Counted from the stretch's first letter, positions 12,592 through 23,053 are shown. The stretch: 64,000 nucleotides of DNA from an uncultured Pseudomonadota bacterium (GCA_963843375.1 CAWJKT010000008.1:209568-273567); one strand, 5' to 3'. Notes: generated by a model from the letters alone, not told the origin. Translations and numbers: made by a program.

Positions 12592-12863
12592 TTACCGTCC
12601 TTTTCAATATGAAACGCTGCCTTGATGTACACATCCTCGGGCTTCAGCAGGGACTCGGCCTTGGGCCGATCTTCCTTCACGATTACCAAGCCCAATCCAC
12701 AGTCATCTTGGATATCCCGAGGACGGGGAATTAGTTTGAAACGCATCCGGCCGCCCTTCAAGATCGATTCGGCGTGCATGGTTTCGTGGGTGGTGTGGAA
12801 CAGCAAAACGAAATGTTTATCCGTTAACGCCAATCGGCCGGGCGGGGATTGGGACGTCGCCAT
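12531..12863 (-). CDS. DUF3343-family protein
   Basis: F.TTH..M.AE..LK and IPRPRDI..DCGL pattern. The C-terminus overlaps the next gene by about 60 bp. Confidence 0.75.
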   Translation of the reverse strand: MATSQSPPGRLALTDKHFVLLFHTTHETMHAESILKGGRMRFKLIPRPRDIQDDCGLGLVIVKEDRPKAESLLKPEDVYIKAAFHIEKDGKWTRENYPPAPISYDSPPLE

Positions 12864-12931
12864 CTCGGCTCCTTTAAAGCACCGGAGGGCGGATCAGCCT
12901 TCAACCCTCAATAAAGCAGTTTCGGAATTAA

Positions 12932-13423
12932 CTAAGTCTGTCCGGGGAAATTAAAGTCCTTGGGCGAAAGGTTTTCAAGGAACTTTTTAAACTCGCTCAT
13001 TTCCTCTTTATATTTTTCCTTATCTACAATGGTGGCATTCACCACCACTTTTTCGGCGACGAAAATAGGTGAGCCGGTCCGAAGGGCCAGGGCAATGGCA
13101 TCCGAAGGGCGGGCGTCGATTTCGGTCTTCTCGGGCGCTCCAGGGATTTCCAAAAAAACGCGGGCAAAGAACGTATTTTGGTGAATGTCGTTTACGAGTA
13201 CCTTAGCGACTTTAGCCCCCAGGGCATCAATAATGTTCTTTAAAAGATCATGGGTCATGGGTCGGGGAATCACTTGTTCTTGGAGCTGGATAAAAATGGC
13301 GGTAGCTTCCGCCACCCCAATGGGGATAGGTAAATAACGTTTTTCTTCCTCGTCGGTCAAAATAACCATAGGGATCTTTAACCCAGGATCAACGGCGATT
13401 CCCCTTACTTTCATTTCAATCAT
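12932..13423 (-). CDS. Bifunctional nuclease family protein (DUF151), copy 2
   Basis: LPI.IG..EA, RPMTHDL, DARPSDAIALALR. Confidence 0.9.
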   Translation of the reverse strand: MIEMKVRGIAVDPGLKIPMVILTDEEEKRYLPIPIGVAEATAIFIQLQEQVIPRPMTHDLLKNIIDALGAKVAKVLVNDIHQNTFFARVFLEIPGAPEKTEIDARPSDAIALALRTGSPIFVAEKVVVNATIVDKEKYKEEMSEFKKFLENLSPKDFNFPGQT

Positions 13424-13923
13424 GGTTTATTCTTCCTCGGAATTTTGAAATCGGTTGGGGAAAGATGCTCCAGGAATTTTTTGAATTTAGCCATTTCTTC
13501 CTTGTTCTTTTCTTTGTCCACCACAGTAACTCCTGGGGAAATGACCACTTTTTCCGCCACGAAAATAGGGGAGCCGGTGCGTAAGGCCAAGGCGATTGCG
13601 TCCGAGGGCCTGGCATCCAAGTCCACTTTCTCGCCTGTTTCCGTCCTTTCCAGGAAGAGGCGTGCGAAAAAGGTGTTTTGATTGATGTCGTTCACGAGCA
13701 CTTTAACCACTTTGCTTCCCATGGCTTCAATAATATTCTTCATCAGATCGTGAGACATGGGCCTAGCCGCGGCCTGGCCGCTCAACTGAATAAAGATCGC
13801 CGTGGCCTCGGGCACACCAATACATATCGGCAGGCACATTTTTTCGGCTTGATCGGTTAGGACCACCATGGGCTGCTTGCATTCTTGATCCATCACGATA
13901 CCACGAACTTTCATCTCAATCAT
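13420..13923 (-). CDS. Bifunctional nuclease family protein (DUF151), copy 1
   Basis: Same motifs (RPMSHDL, DARPSDAIALALR); ATGA overlap with its paralogue. Confidence 0.9.
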   Translation of the reverse strand: MIEMKVRGIVMDQECKQPMVVLTDQAEKMCLPICIGVPEATAIFIQLSGQAAARPMSHDLMKNIIEAMGSKVVKVLVNDINQNTFFARLFLERTETGEKVDLDARPSDAIALALRTGSPIFVAEKVVISPGVTVVDKEKNKEEMAKFKKFLEHLSPTDFKIPRKNKP

Positions 13924-14103
13924 AACTTAAACTCCATTGGCATCACTCAAGTCTGTTTTCACATTTTATCTTGAGAAGCAACAACCGGTATGTTCAAGGG
14001 TAGAGGTCAGTCAACCAAAGGGCAAGAGATTCAGTAAGATAATTATAAGCCCGGTCCGGGCCGCTTTCAACGTGGACAATTAAAAAGAATTTTCAAATTC
14101 GGA

Positions 14104-14685
14104 TTATTTTGATTTTTTCTTAAGGTCAGTTTCGCTGAAAACCTGCGCTTCAAAAGCATGAAGATTTATTTTATCCTTCCAAGCGTCGGGAGAAAGCCCC
14201 GCCTTAACGCAGGTTTGCTCCAAGAAAGTTTTAGCGTCCCAATGGTATTCCATCGCCACCTGGGGAAGAAGAAGCCCTGACCGGTTCCCGCGGCTGACGA
14301 TTAATCCATGGACACCTACTTGTATTTGAGATAACTCCACCGACTTGGGGACGGTTAAAACGGAAATCTCAATTTCAATGTGGGGTAATTCCTCAGCCCG
14401 AACGGGTGGAAAGCGGGGATCTTGAAAAGCCGCGCTAATGGCGGCTTCCTGAACGGCTTCGGCCAGGGGTTTTACTGGATAAGGAAAACCAATACAACCT
14501 CGTAATTCTTCCAGCCATAGGGTCACAAAGGTTCCCCTTTTTTCCCGCAAAAGAGGCGAAAGTGACTCTATCGCCGGAAGCCGCCGTCCTTTTTGAAGTG
14601 TCATCTGGATAGAATGGCGGGCCAATTCCAACAAAACTTTTTGATCCGTTGATGAAATCACTTCTTTCGGGTTCATGGGATCCAT
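14104..14685 (-). CDS. amrA: AmmeMemoRadiSam system protein A (AMMECR1 family)
   Basis: GTFVT...LRGCIG, DPRFPP, EISVLT, GLLLPQVA. Confidence 0.92.
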   Translation of the reverse strand: MDPMNPKEVISSTDQKVLLELARHSIQMTLQKGRRLPAIESLSPLLREKRGTFVTLWLEELRGCIGFPYPVKPLAEAVQEAAISAAFQDPRFPPVRAEELPHIEIEISVLTVPKSVELSQIQVGVHGLIVSRGNRSGLLLPQVAMEYHWDAKTFLEQTCVKAGLSPDAWKDKINLHAFEAQVFSETDLKKKSK

Positions 14686-14688
14686 TCC

Positions 14689-15522
14689 TTATCGGCAAAA
14701 AGCCATGGCCGAATAACCGACCACCCGGGAATGGTCCCCAGTGACATCACCCGAATTTCGGTAACCTAATAACTTGATTTTATCCGCCCTCATCCCATGG
14801 GCGAATCTTAGCAAAGTGGACACCGGTTCCCTTCCGCAATGGGTACAGTGGTAGTCTGGATAACCACGGTCCATGATTCGGCCGTCGGTTTGATTGACTT
14901 TCTTCTCGTCTCCCGTCAATAAAGCCGACAACAATTCATGATCGGCCTTCACCGCCGTCTCATAATCCGGGTAATGGGAAAGATCGGAAGAAGCAACGAA
15001 AATGAATTTCTTTTTTTTCGAAAGGGCCAAAAGGGCTCCCGTAAGGGGTTTGACTGCCTGTTCTACCCCTTGCCCCATGACCAGCAGCACTACCTTCGCT
15101 TTGGGCAAAAAGGTTTGGATCATGGGAAGATGCACCTCCACCGAATGTTCACGGGCAAAAGCGGGTGGAATCTCAGCGATCTGGGGATCAAAATCCATTA
15201 AAAAACGGGTGTCTTCTTGGTCCACCGGCACCTCGCCCAATGGGGTGACCGCCGATTCCCCGGCAAAGACCGAAACCCCCCGGAAGGAAACGTAGTGACT
15301 TGGGCCTGCCACGATTACGGTCTCAACCGGTTCCTCCAAGGCCCGGTAACCCAAGGCGGCCACCCCCCCCGAATACATGTAACCCGCGTGGGGTAAAAGA
15401 AACGCCAAAGGCTCACCTTCTAGCCGGGAGGCCGTTTCTTTTTCGAAAGACTTCAAGGTGACTTGAAGTTCCTTCCGGTTTACAGGATAAAATTGGCCGG
15501 CCACCACCGGTTGAAGTTTCAT
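14689..15522 (-). CDS. amrB: AmmeMemoRadiSam system protein B (MEMO1 family)
   Basis: VAGQFYP, PHAGYMYSG, GPSH, EHSVE, SSDLSHY, VVGY. Confidence 0.93.
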   Translation of the reverse strand: MKLQPVVAGQFYPVNRKELQVTLKSFEKETASRLEGEPLAFLLPHAGYMYSGGVAALGYRALEEPVETVIVAGPSHYVSFRGVSVFAGESAVTPLGEVPVDQEDTRFLMDFDPQIAEIPPAFAREHSVEVHLPMIQTFLPKAKVVLLVMGQGVEQAVKPLTGALLALSKKKKFIFVASSDLSHYPDYETAVKADHELLSALLTGDEKKVNQTDGRIMDRGYPDYHCTHCGREPVSTLLRFAHGMRADKIKLLGYRNSGDVTGDHSRVVGYSAMAFCR

Positions 15523-15570
15523 GAAGCTAATATAAGTGGGAAAGCCAAGTCAAAGGAAGGAAAAGCAAGA

Positions 15571-16146
15571 TTAGGCGGTTTGAAGGAACTTGGAAATTTT
15601 ATCACGGGTATAGGGCCACGCTCCATCCGGCAGCACCGGCATGGATCCAGCGGTAAACATGGAAGTTTCCAAGGGAACCCAGGATTTGCAGCCTTCATAG
15701 GAGGGCTTCACGGGAAGGTCTAACGGAACGGGCAGGGAATAAACCCGGACAATAAAAACATACAGTCCTTGCCAGTCCCCATAATTAAACCGTTTTTCGA
15801 TTGCCTCATCGCTCATGACCGTGAAAGGGATTAGCCGCTTGCAGATTTCCCAATCGGTGACTTTTTCGACTTTTTCTGCAATGGCATAAAGCCGAAAATG
15901 GATGCGCTTGGGGTCCTTATTTTCCTTTTCAATAGAGGCAAGACGGGGACGCCAATCGGATTTAATATCCGCGGGCGATTCATGCTCAAAGGTGGGATAA
16001 AGGAAAAACTCGGGATGCTCAGGTTTGAACTCCCCGCCCTCTTCCTGGATGCCTCCCTTGCGAAGGAGGATTGTCTGCTTTCCTTCCTCCAAAGCCTTTA
16101 AGACAACAGCCCACTCTTTAAATGCTATGTTATTTTGAGTTTTCAT
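15571..16146 (-). CDS. DUF1802-family protein
   Basis: AFKEWA...G.QTILLRKGGI.E, FFLYPTFEH, GCKSWV. Confidence 0.85.
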   Translation of the reverse strand: MKTQNNIAFKEWAVVLKALEEGKQTILLRKGGIQEEGGEFKPEHPEFFLYPTFEHESPADIKSDWRPRLASIEKENKDPKRIHFRLYAIAEKVEKVTDWEICKRLIPFTVMSDEAIEKRFNYGDWQGLYVFIVRVYSLPVPLDLPVKPSYEGCKSWVPLETSMFTAGSMPVLPDGAWPYTRDKISKFLQTA

Positions 16147-16155
16147 AAGAATAAG

Positions 16156-16184
16156 ATTATGTGGATTCCAGCTGAAACTTTCAA
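16156..16184 (-). promoter_or_regulatory. sigma70-type promoter of the DUF1802 gene
   Basis: TTGAAA-N17-CATAAT ending 9 nt before the ATG. Confidence 0.5.
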
Positions 16185-16273
16185 GCTCTAACCGAGTTCG
16201 AATCCTTTGTTTCCTTGGTTTTAAAGAAACAGAACGAGAGGAAATTTTTTCAAGGTCCCGCTCAAGAACGATT

Positions 16274-17152
16274 CTATCCCGAAAAAGCCATGAGGATGAC
16301 GCCTGCCACCACGATCAGGGTTCCTCCCAAAACTTTAGGCCAGGCGGAAAATGAAAATTCCTTGAATACGAAAAGGGACCAAGCGGCGTAAACGAGCCCG
16401 CTGGAGTTCACAATGGGAACCGCACGCGAAAGACCCAACCCGTCAATTGCCAACAGGAAACAGGCCATGCCGGCCGCCCACAAGAGGGTGGTCGCGCCCC
16501 CCATCGCGACATTTCGAAAACGCCAATCTTCTTTCTGGCAAAAGAAAAAAATGAACAAGGCGGGCAAAGTTCCCCCCAATGCCAGTCCACTTAAAGAATC
16601 AAGGGCCGAAAGAGTTGGTTGAGGGTCCCAAACTTGGGCCGCTTTGATAGGGCTAAAATAAAGGCCCCAGAAGAAACCAGCCAATATCCCCATCAAAATT
16701 CCTTTTTGAAGGTTCCCTTCTTTTGCAGGAGCCGCCGAAATCCTCGCCACCCACCAAGCTCCCACAAAAAGCAATAAACCCCCGGCCAGAAGATACAAGT
16801 AAGCTCTAAACCCCGATGCTTCGTGGAACACCAATAAACCAAACGCAATATTAATGAAGGAATTAAAATTAAAGAGGACCGAGGCTTTGGCGAGGCTCAC
16901 TTCTTCCAGGGCTAAATTAGCGAGGGTTTGGCCGGTCACCCAAAGTAGTCCCGAAAAAATCGAAGCCCAAAACCACTTGGGGTGCAGCCAAAGGGCTTGC
17001 AGGGAAGAATATCGGAGGAGATCCATCACCGCCATTCCCAGCCCCATGAAAGGCATGAACTTCAAACCCTTAGACGTGGCGAAACGAACCGGCACCATAT
17101 AACTGCCGATGCAAAAAAACGCGGCCAAGGCATAGAAATAACCCGTCGGCAT
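16274..17152 (-). CDS. DMT superfamily transporter (GRP/GlcU-like)
   Basis: About 10 TMs in two repeats; GSYMVP / GLYFSP; SGLLW. Confidence 0.75.
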   Translation of the reverse strand: MPTGYFYALAAFFCIGSYMVPVRFATSKGLKFMPFMGLGMAVMDLLRYSSLQALWLHPKWFWASIFSGLLWVTGQTLANLALEEVSLAKASVLFNFNSFINIAFGLLVFHEASGFRAYLYLLAGGLLLFVGAWWVARISAAPAKEGNLQKGILMGILAGFFWGLYFSPIKAAQVWDPQPTLSALDSLSGLALGGTLPALFIFFFCQKEDWRFRNVAMGGATTLLWAAGMACFLLAIDGLGLSRAVPIVNSSGLVYAAWSLFVFKEFSFSAWPKVLGGTLIVVAGVILMAFSG

Positions 17153-17173
17153 CTTTTATCCTAAAATTGGATT

Positions 17174-18532
17174 TTACCGAGTCCCAACCAATAATTGGTT
17201 TGCCACTCGGCGCAATAAGAAAAAATTCAATACCCTCAACCCCATCATGACCCAAAGCAGGGATTCGGGCGAAACATGGCCATACAGTAACCCCGCCACC
17301 GAAACGGTTACCAGCCCTATTTGAATAAAAGCAGAGGAGGCCGCCACCACTTTCGCCCTCTCCTTTTCCTCCATTACATTCATCCAAACCGCCGCGCTCA
17401 CCGAGGCATAAAGGGACCCGCCGGCAGCCGACAGGCAATAAGAAAACAAGCAGACCAAAAAAACGTTACCGCTTCCCCGCCCCCAGATCAAAAGCACGGC
17501 AAAAGCCGACAAACCCAGGATTTGGTCCAAACCAAGTATTTTGATGACTTGGCTATGGGAAAGGTTGGGAATAATAAAAAATACCGTAAGAAAGGCGGCA
17601 TATGCCGACCCGATTCCAAACACCGAAAGATTCGAATCTTTCATGCCCAAATAGTCAACGAAATAAAGGGAAAAATAGATGGTCCAAGCCGCCAGCATCC
17701 ATTCATCGAGAAATTTTGAGAAAAAGAAAGTGACCGAAGCGGGTTTTTTAAAAAAACTTCCAAGCGCCTTGCGGTATTGGCCCAAACCTTCCTCGAAAAC
17801 ATTCAGCCAGGACCCGGGGGACTTCTCAAAAACTTTTGATGGGGGCAATTGTTTCCACCTCCATCCGATGCCGATGATGGTCAACAAGAAATACAGCAAG
17901 TACATTTCATGGTTGGCCTGACCCAATCCTTTTCCTTCCACCCAGAACCCGCCCAACAGGGGAAAGAACAACAAGTAGGGTGCCAAGTTCACCATTTGAA
18001 GCACGGTAAAAACTGAAGCCCTTTGCCCGGGCTTGACCCCCTCCACCAGCAAACATTGATAAGGCACCCCCGAACCCGCGTTGATCGCCATGAAAAAAAT
18101 GGCGGCGATGCACCACCATTTATTAGTGGCAAGCGCCAGGCAAAGGCAATAACCGCCCCAACTGATGATGTCAAATAGGATCAGGCTTTTTTTACGGCTC
18201 CAAACATCCGAAAGATAACCTCCCAGGAAAAGGCACAAGGGACCCAGGGCCCGGGCCAGGGAGGGATAAACGGAAACTTCTGTTTTCGATAGTCCCAGGT
18301 CCACCATATAAAGGCTCAGGTAATACTGCACCATGGCGCCGGGAATGACCCAAAGAACCCCGGCATAAATCGTGACGGCTTGGCGCGGGGGAAGTTTCGC
18401 GAACATCCCGCGAACCCGCCCCCCCTGCTGACCCAGGAGGACCAGCGGTTTTTTTAACAAATACTCATAGGACTCTTCACTAACGTCCTGCAAGGAAGAA
18501 AGAAAGGAATGAAACGGGTCTCCAGCGCTCAT
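17174..18532 (-). CDS. MFS transporter
   Basis: About 12 TMs, motif A-like GYLSDVWSRKK. Confidence 0.85.
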   Translation of the reverse strand: MSAGDPFHSFLSSLQDVSEESYEYLLKKPLVLLGQQGGRVRGMFAKLPPRQAVTIYAGVLWVIPGAMVQYYLSLYMVDLGLSKTEVSVYPSLARALGPLCLFLGGYLSDVWSRKKSLILFDIISWGGYCLCLALATNKWWCIAAIFFMAINAGSGVPYQCLLVEGVKPGQRASVFTVLQMVNLAPYLLFFPLLGGFWVEGKGLGQANHEMYLLYFLLTIIGIGWRWKQLPPSKVFEKSPGSWLNVFEEGLGQYRKALGSFFKKPASVTFFFSKFLDEWMLAAWTIYFSLYFVDYLGMKDSNLSVFGIGSAYAAFLTVFFIIPNLSHSQVIKILGLDQILGLSAFAVLLIWGRGSGNVFLVCLFSYCLSAAGGSLYASVSAAVWMNVMEEKERAKVVAASSAFIQIGLVTVSVAGLLYGHVSPESLLWVMMGLRVLNFFLLRRVANQLLVGTR

Positions 18533-18874
18533 CAATTAAACCTCAAAAGAAATTTGCACAAGTCGATTTCGTCCCTATCAAATTTAGTAAACTTCTGAAA
18601 AATGGATAGAGCACGGGATTCCTTGGCGACTGAAATGAGCGGTATTTTAACAGATCAAGGTTCTTAAGATTCCAAGTTTTGCCCAAAGCAACAAAAGCGC
18701 TTTTTATACCGTGACAAATTCGGTTTTGTGTTTAAACCGTTCAAGGAATAGTGATGGTTAATAAAAAACTTGAGCCGGTGGACCGTAAAATCCTTGATAA
18801 AGGATCATTATGTTTAAAAATCGAGCGTTCTTCCCTAGAATGATCATAGTTATGGATAATTTTTCGGATGAAAT

Positions 18875-20854
18875 ATGTTGAACACTTCCGGCTTTGTCCA
18901 CTTTTTGAAGTCTCCTCGCTCCTTACCCCGAAATCCATGGATTTACTTTCCACTGTTCCTTTTGGCGGATAGTTTTCTGTCTTATGGGAATGCCAGTCTT
19001 TCAACCAATCTTTGGATTTTCTTCATTGGCCTGGTGGTTCCCTTGACCTTGGCGCTCACTTCTAAACCTCGGCCCTCCCCAACCCCTATTCATCAAGTAG
19101 AGGTTTTAGACTCCATCCCTCATTGGGCTTGGTGGACGATACTCGGCGTATCGTTATTGGCAAGAATAGGGCAACTGACCTTATGGGCACCATGGCTTGG
19201 CAGTGATGAATCCATAGATGCTTTTTATTCCATGGAACTTTCTCAAAAATGGTTTTGGCACTTTTTTTGGGGAACCGCTCAAAATCCTTCCGCTTTCAAC
19301 TGGGGTTTGGCGGTTTTTTACAAAATTATTTCCCCGAGCCTTTTTTCAACCAATTTCTACACGGTACTTATCTCGGGTTTTACTGTTGGAATCACGTATT
19401 GGTCGGCCCGTTCCTTCTTTTCGAAGTCTTTTTCATTTTTTTGCCTGATGGTATCCGCGACCGGATTCTGGGTCTTATTCTCAGGCGGGCATTGTTTCAT
19501 CCACGTTCTCGCCTTGTTTTGGCAAATTACGCTTTTGGGATTTTTGGGCCGGTTAGTCCAGTCCGGTTCCAAAGCAGAATCGCAAAAAAACGCCATGATT
19601 TTGGGGTTGATGGCGGGAAGCGGCTTTTTTATTTCCATCGCCTGGCCGGTTGTCGCCCTGGTTCCGCTAATAGTTATGACCAGCCTTTGGATCCAAAAAA
19701 AAGCTAAGGAAACGCTACTCCCTTTTATGGCTCCCTTTACAGTCTTGGTACTTTTATTCTTAGCGGCAGCGGTTCACGAACATTACGGACAACACTTCAG
19801 AAGTCTTTGGGTTTTGCGGCTCCAAGGGGATCAAATTTATTTTGGACCTGATTTCATCCCGAATTTCACTGCCCTTTTTTGGGGTGGTTTCATTCGAGGT
19901 TATGGACCTTCGTGGGGAGGTATGCTGAATCCTCTTTTATCTTCCTTGTTTTTTATGGGTCTTATTGAGTTTAAAGATCTGCGCTCTTCTGCTTTTTTGA
20001 AATTGATTTTGGCGGGTTTTCTCTTGGGGTTTGCTCCCGGTCCCCTTTCAAAAGGTTTTGATATTTTCCGTTCTATCCATTCCTTTCCCTTCCAGACCAT
20101 CATCGCAGGCTTGGGTTTCCAACGTTTATTGGAGTCCTTCCCCCGGAAAAGTTCTCTCGTTCTCGTTTTTTTGATCTTTTTCTTTTCAACCTCCTTGGAT
20201 CTTTTCCACTACCGTTTATCGACCTCCAGAATTGATACCACAGGGGCAAACCTGTCCAAAGCTTACGAAATACTGCAAAAAAATTACGCTCCATTGGGCC
20301 CCGGTTTCGTGCTGTCGGATTTGACGCCGAGGATATGGAACCATTCACTAGACATCGCGACTTATTCTTTTAATTCCGTTGTTAATCCCAAAGTCTTCCC
20401 TTCTCAGGCCCGCTGGATAGCCTTAGTGGAAAACGAGGAGTACATACCTTTTCTCGACCGTCGGTTTGCCCATATTCGCTGGTATGCCCTTGGGCAAGAC
20501 GTTCTTTGGAAAAAAGGTCTTCTGGCGCTGGGCATTATTCCTGTTCAGGCGGGAAACGAAAACATCCTTGCCTCCTGGTGGAGGGCCGACCTTTATCTCA
20601 AGGCGTTAAATTTGGAATTCCTCAAGGCGGAACCTTTCGAAACGTCCCAATCCTTTGTTGAGAGATTAGAGCAAATGCCCTTGGGTGAAAAACCCGATCC
20701 CTTTTTGGAGTCTTGCCGTGATGAAAAAATTTTACTTTCAATTTCTTTCGACAATCCTTCGCAAGCCATTCTCGTGGCTCATCAAGGCCTCACAAAAGGT
20801 TACCCCCTTTCTTTATTTCAAAGGTTCCAAAACAATTCCCAAGGCTACCGTTAA
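18875..20854 (+). CDS. GT-C fold (ArnT/PMT-like) membrane glycosyltransferase
   Basis: 659 aa, multi-TM, SDE acidic motif in the first large loop, soluble C-terminal domain. Confidence 0.6.
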   Translation: MLNTSGFVHFLKSPRSLPRNPWIYFPLFLLADSFLSYGNASLSTNLWIFFIGLVVPLTLALTSKPRPSPTPIHQVEVLDSIPHWAWWTILGVSLLARIGQLTLWAPWLGSDESIDAFYSMELSQKWFWHFFWGTAQNPSAFNWGLAVFYKIISPSLFSTNFYTVLISGFTVGITYWSARSFFSKSFSFFCLMVSATGFWVLFSGGHCFIHVLALFWQITLLGFLGRLVQSGSKAESQKNAMILGLMAGSGFFISIAWPVVALVPLIVMTSLWIQKKAKETLLPFMAPFTVLVLLFLAAAVHEHYGQHFRSLWVLRLQGDQIYFGPDFIPNFTALFWGGFIRGYGPSWGGMLNPLLSSLFFMGLIEFKDLRSSAFLKLILAGFLLGFAPGPLSKGFDIFRSIHSFPFQTIIAGLGFQRLLESFPRKSSLVLVFLIFFFSTSLDLFHYRLSTSRIDTTGANLSKAYEILQKNYAPLGPGFVLSDLTPRIWNHSLDIATYSFNSVVNPKVFPSQARWIALVENEEYIPFLDRRFAHIRWYALGQDVLWKKGLLALGIIPVQAGNENILASWWRADLYLKALNLEFLKAEPFETSQSFVERLEQMPLGEKPDPFLESCRDEKILLSISFDNPSQAILVAHQGLTKGYPLSLFQRFQNNSQGYR

Positions 20855-20910
20855 AAATCGGGATATAAATTTTGATTAAGTGGCGTGTTCGGAACAAATC
20901 GGATAAGGTT

Positions 20911-21351
20911 TTAAGGATTTAATTCCTTAATCATGACCACGGCGTCTTCCTGATTGTCGCTGTAGTATTTTTTGCGGATGGCCACAATTTTGAAACCGCA
21001 TTTATCGTAAAGCCGCTGAGCGGCTTCGTTGGTTTGGCGAACTTCCAAGGTAGCCAGTTTGGCACCCCGCTTGCGAGCATATTCCATGCAATGGTTCATC
21101 ATTTCCAGGCCCAAACCTTTATTTCTATAAGAAGGCCCAATCGCGAGGTTGATAATATGGGCTTCCTCGGGGGCCTCCCAATAGCCCATATAGCCCGCCA
21201 CTTTCCCTTCGACTTCCAATACGAAATAATGCGCTAGGTTCCTATTCAGTTCCTCGTCGAAAAGCTCCTTAGACCAGGGGGAGGGCATGGAAGCTTTTTC
21301 GATTTCCACCACCTTTTCGAGGTCGGCTTCCAACATTGGACGAAATATCAT
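20911..21351 (-). CDS. rimI: Ribosomal protein S18 alanine N-acetyltransferase
   Basis: IE...PSPWS, HIINLAI, LEVRQTN..A..LY, RKKYY...EDA; ATG overlaps the tsaB stop. Confidence 0.93.
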   Translation of the reverse strand: MIFRPMLEADLEKVVEIEKASMPSPWSKELFDEELNRNLAHYFVLEVEGKVAGYMGYWEAPEEAHIINLAIGPSYRNKGLGLEMMNHCMEYARKRGAKLATLEVRQTNEAAQRLYDKCGFKIVAIRKKYYSDNQEDAVVMIKELNP

Positions 21352-22037
21352 GTCTTGTTTTCGTCCACGGAAGGCACCCGCAAATATAGTGGCTTTAAGT
21401 CCTGGAGAGACGGCCGGGAACCGGCTTTCCATTGCCGGTAGGCTATGCGGGCAATGCTCATGGCGCTTGGATGGTGAAGCGAGTTGAAAACGAACATACC
21501 CATTGCACCCAGGTCCTCGTGGATTTCTTTTTCATATTTCAAGGCGCCCGGCCCCACGATCCAGGTCTTGCCTTTAATCAGGGAAGATAATTTGTCCGCG
21601 GCCCTGATTTGGGCCGGAGCCAGTTCTATGAGATTTTCGGGATTAATTTGATAATGCCCGACGAAACACTCGCCCCTTTGGGCGTCCACCAGGCATAAGG
21701 CTTCCCCCCACAATTCCGCTTTTCGGAGGTTTTCAGCCAAGCCCTCCAAAGTGGAAACTCCAAAAGCTAAAAGATTCGTAGGCATGCAAAGTCCCTCAGC
21801 GGTGGCGATGCCCACTCTTATTCCCGTAAAACTTCCCGGGCCCAGGGAAACCGCAACCGCCGCCAATTCTTCCGGCAATATCTCTTTTTTCTTCAGCAGG
21901 GTTTCCAACCCGGGAATCAAAGTCACCGAACTTTCCCAATCATCGGGAAGTACGGCTTCGGACAATTCCTCGCCCGTGACGAGGTCCAATAACGCCACGC
22001 TGGAAATCCTGGTGGAAACTTCTATAGCGGCCAGCAC
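21348..22037 (-). CDS. tsaB: t6A biosynthesis protein TsaB
   Basis: GPGSFTGIRVG, DAQRGE, PLYLR. Confidence 0.95.
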   Translation of the reverse strand: MLAAIEVSTRISSVALLDLVTGEELSEAVLPDDWESSVTLIPGLETLLKKKEILPEELAAVAVSLGPGSFTGIRVGIATAEGLCMPTNLLAFGVSTLEGLAENLRKAELWGEALCLVDAQRGECFVGHYQINPENLIELAPAQIRAADKLSSLIKGKTWIVGPGALKYEKEIHEDLGAMGMFVFNSLHHPSAMSIARIAYRQWKAGSRPSLQDLKPLYLRVPSVDENKT

Positions 22038-22496
22038 TTGATGAGCTCCTGAACGCGGGTTATGCTGTCCGGGTGTTTGGCTTCGACAATGACCCGACGG
22101 CTGTTTTCAGAAAGAATCTCAATTTCCAACTTAATCACGGTCGGCGGGAACAATTTGGGGAATTTATTCCCCCATTCCACGACCACCACGCCCCCCCGTC
22201 CGGTCCATTCTTCCCAACCCAGATCTTCCACTTCCCGGCGCTCCATCAGCCGGTACCAGTCGAAATGGTAAAGGTTCAATCGTCCCTCGTAAATATGCTG
22301 CAAGAGTAAAGGTCGGGGAGGTCACGGGCCCCTCAAAACCCAAACCCTTCGCCAGCCCTTGAACGAACAGGGTTTTCCCCGCTCCCAAGTTACCCGAAAG
22401 GGCCCAGATTTCCCCGGGCCTGGCCTGGTGTCCGATCAACTGGCCTAACTGGTAGGTCTGTTCCGGCGACTCGCAGAGAAAACTGGTGGTTACCAT
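22022..22496 (-). CDS. tsaE: t6A biosynthesis ATPase TsaE, frameshift near 22302
   Basis: GNLGAGKT and VTSPTFTL in one frame; YHFDWYRL and VEWG in the next. Confidence 0.92.
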
Positions 22497-23053
22497 GAAG
22501 AATGGTAATCCATTTGGCGTTTAATGATTTCCTTCGCTTCCAAACTGATGAATTTGCCGCAAAGATACAATCCCAGGTCGATTCCCGCTGTCACGCCCCC
22601 GCAGGTGATGACCTCCTCCTCATCCACGATTCGCTGGTCCAATACTTGGGAACAATAAGGAAGCAGTTCTTCCCTGGTTGCGGCATGGGTGGCGGCTTTT
22701 TTGCTCTTCAGAAAACCAGCCGCCCCCAAGAGCAAGGCACCGGAACAAACCGAAACCTTCAAGGGACTGGGTCTAGCGGTTTTGATCCATTGGATGAAGG
22801 AGGTATCTTGGGTCAATTTTCGGGCCACCGGCCCACCCGGGACGACTACCAGGTCGTAAGCAGCCAGGGGGACCCCCACGACCGTAGGGGTCAATTGAAG
22901 ACCGTTGGCGTCACTAATTTTGGGTTCAACCGCGCAAATTTCCCATTTCAAGGTTTCCAGAAATCCCATGCTCTTAAGCCGGGTAAGGGGATCGTAAATT
23001 CCCACAAAATCAAGCGTTGTCATGCCGTTGTAAATAACGAACCCGATCTTCAT
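22490..23053 (-). CDS. DJ-1/PfpI family protein
   Basis: LDFVG, VVPGG, SVCSGA, GGVTAGID. Confidence 0.9.
   Translation of the reverse strand: MKIGFVIYNGMTTLDFVGIYDPLTRLKSMGFLETLKWEICAVEPKISDANGLQLTPTVVGVPLAAYDLVVVPGGPVARKLTQDTSFIQWIKTARPSPLKVSVCSGALLLGAAGFLKSKKAATHAATREELLPYCSQVLDQRIVDEEEVITCGGVTAGIDLGLYLCGKFISLEAKEIIKRQMDYHSSW

Noticed and set aside
16190..16210. tRNA T-loop-like GTTCGAATCC
   Set aside because: No T-stem pairing or cloverleaf around it.
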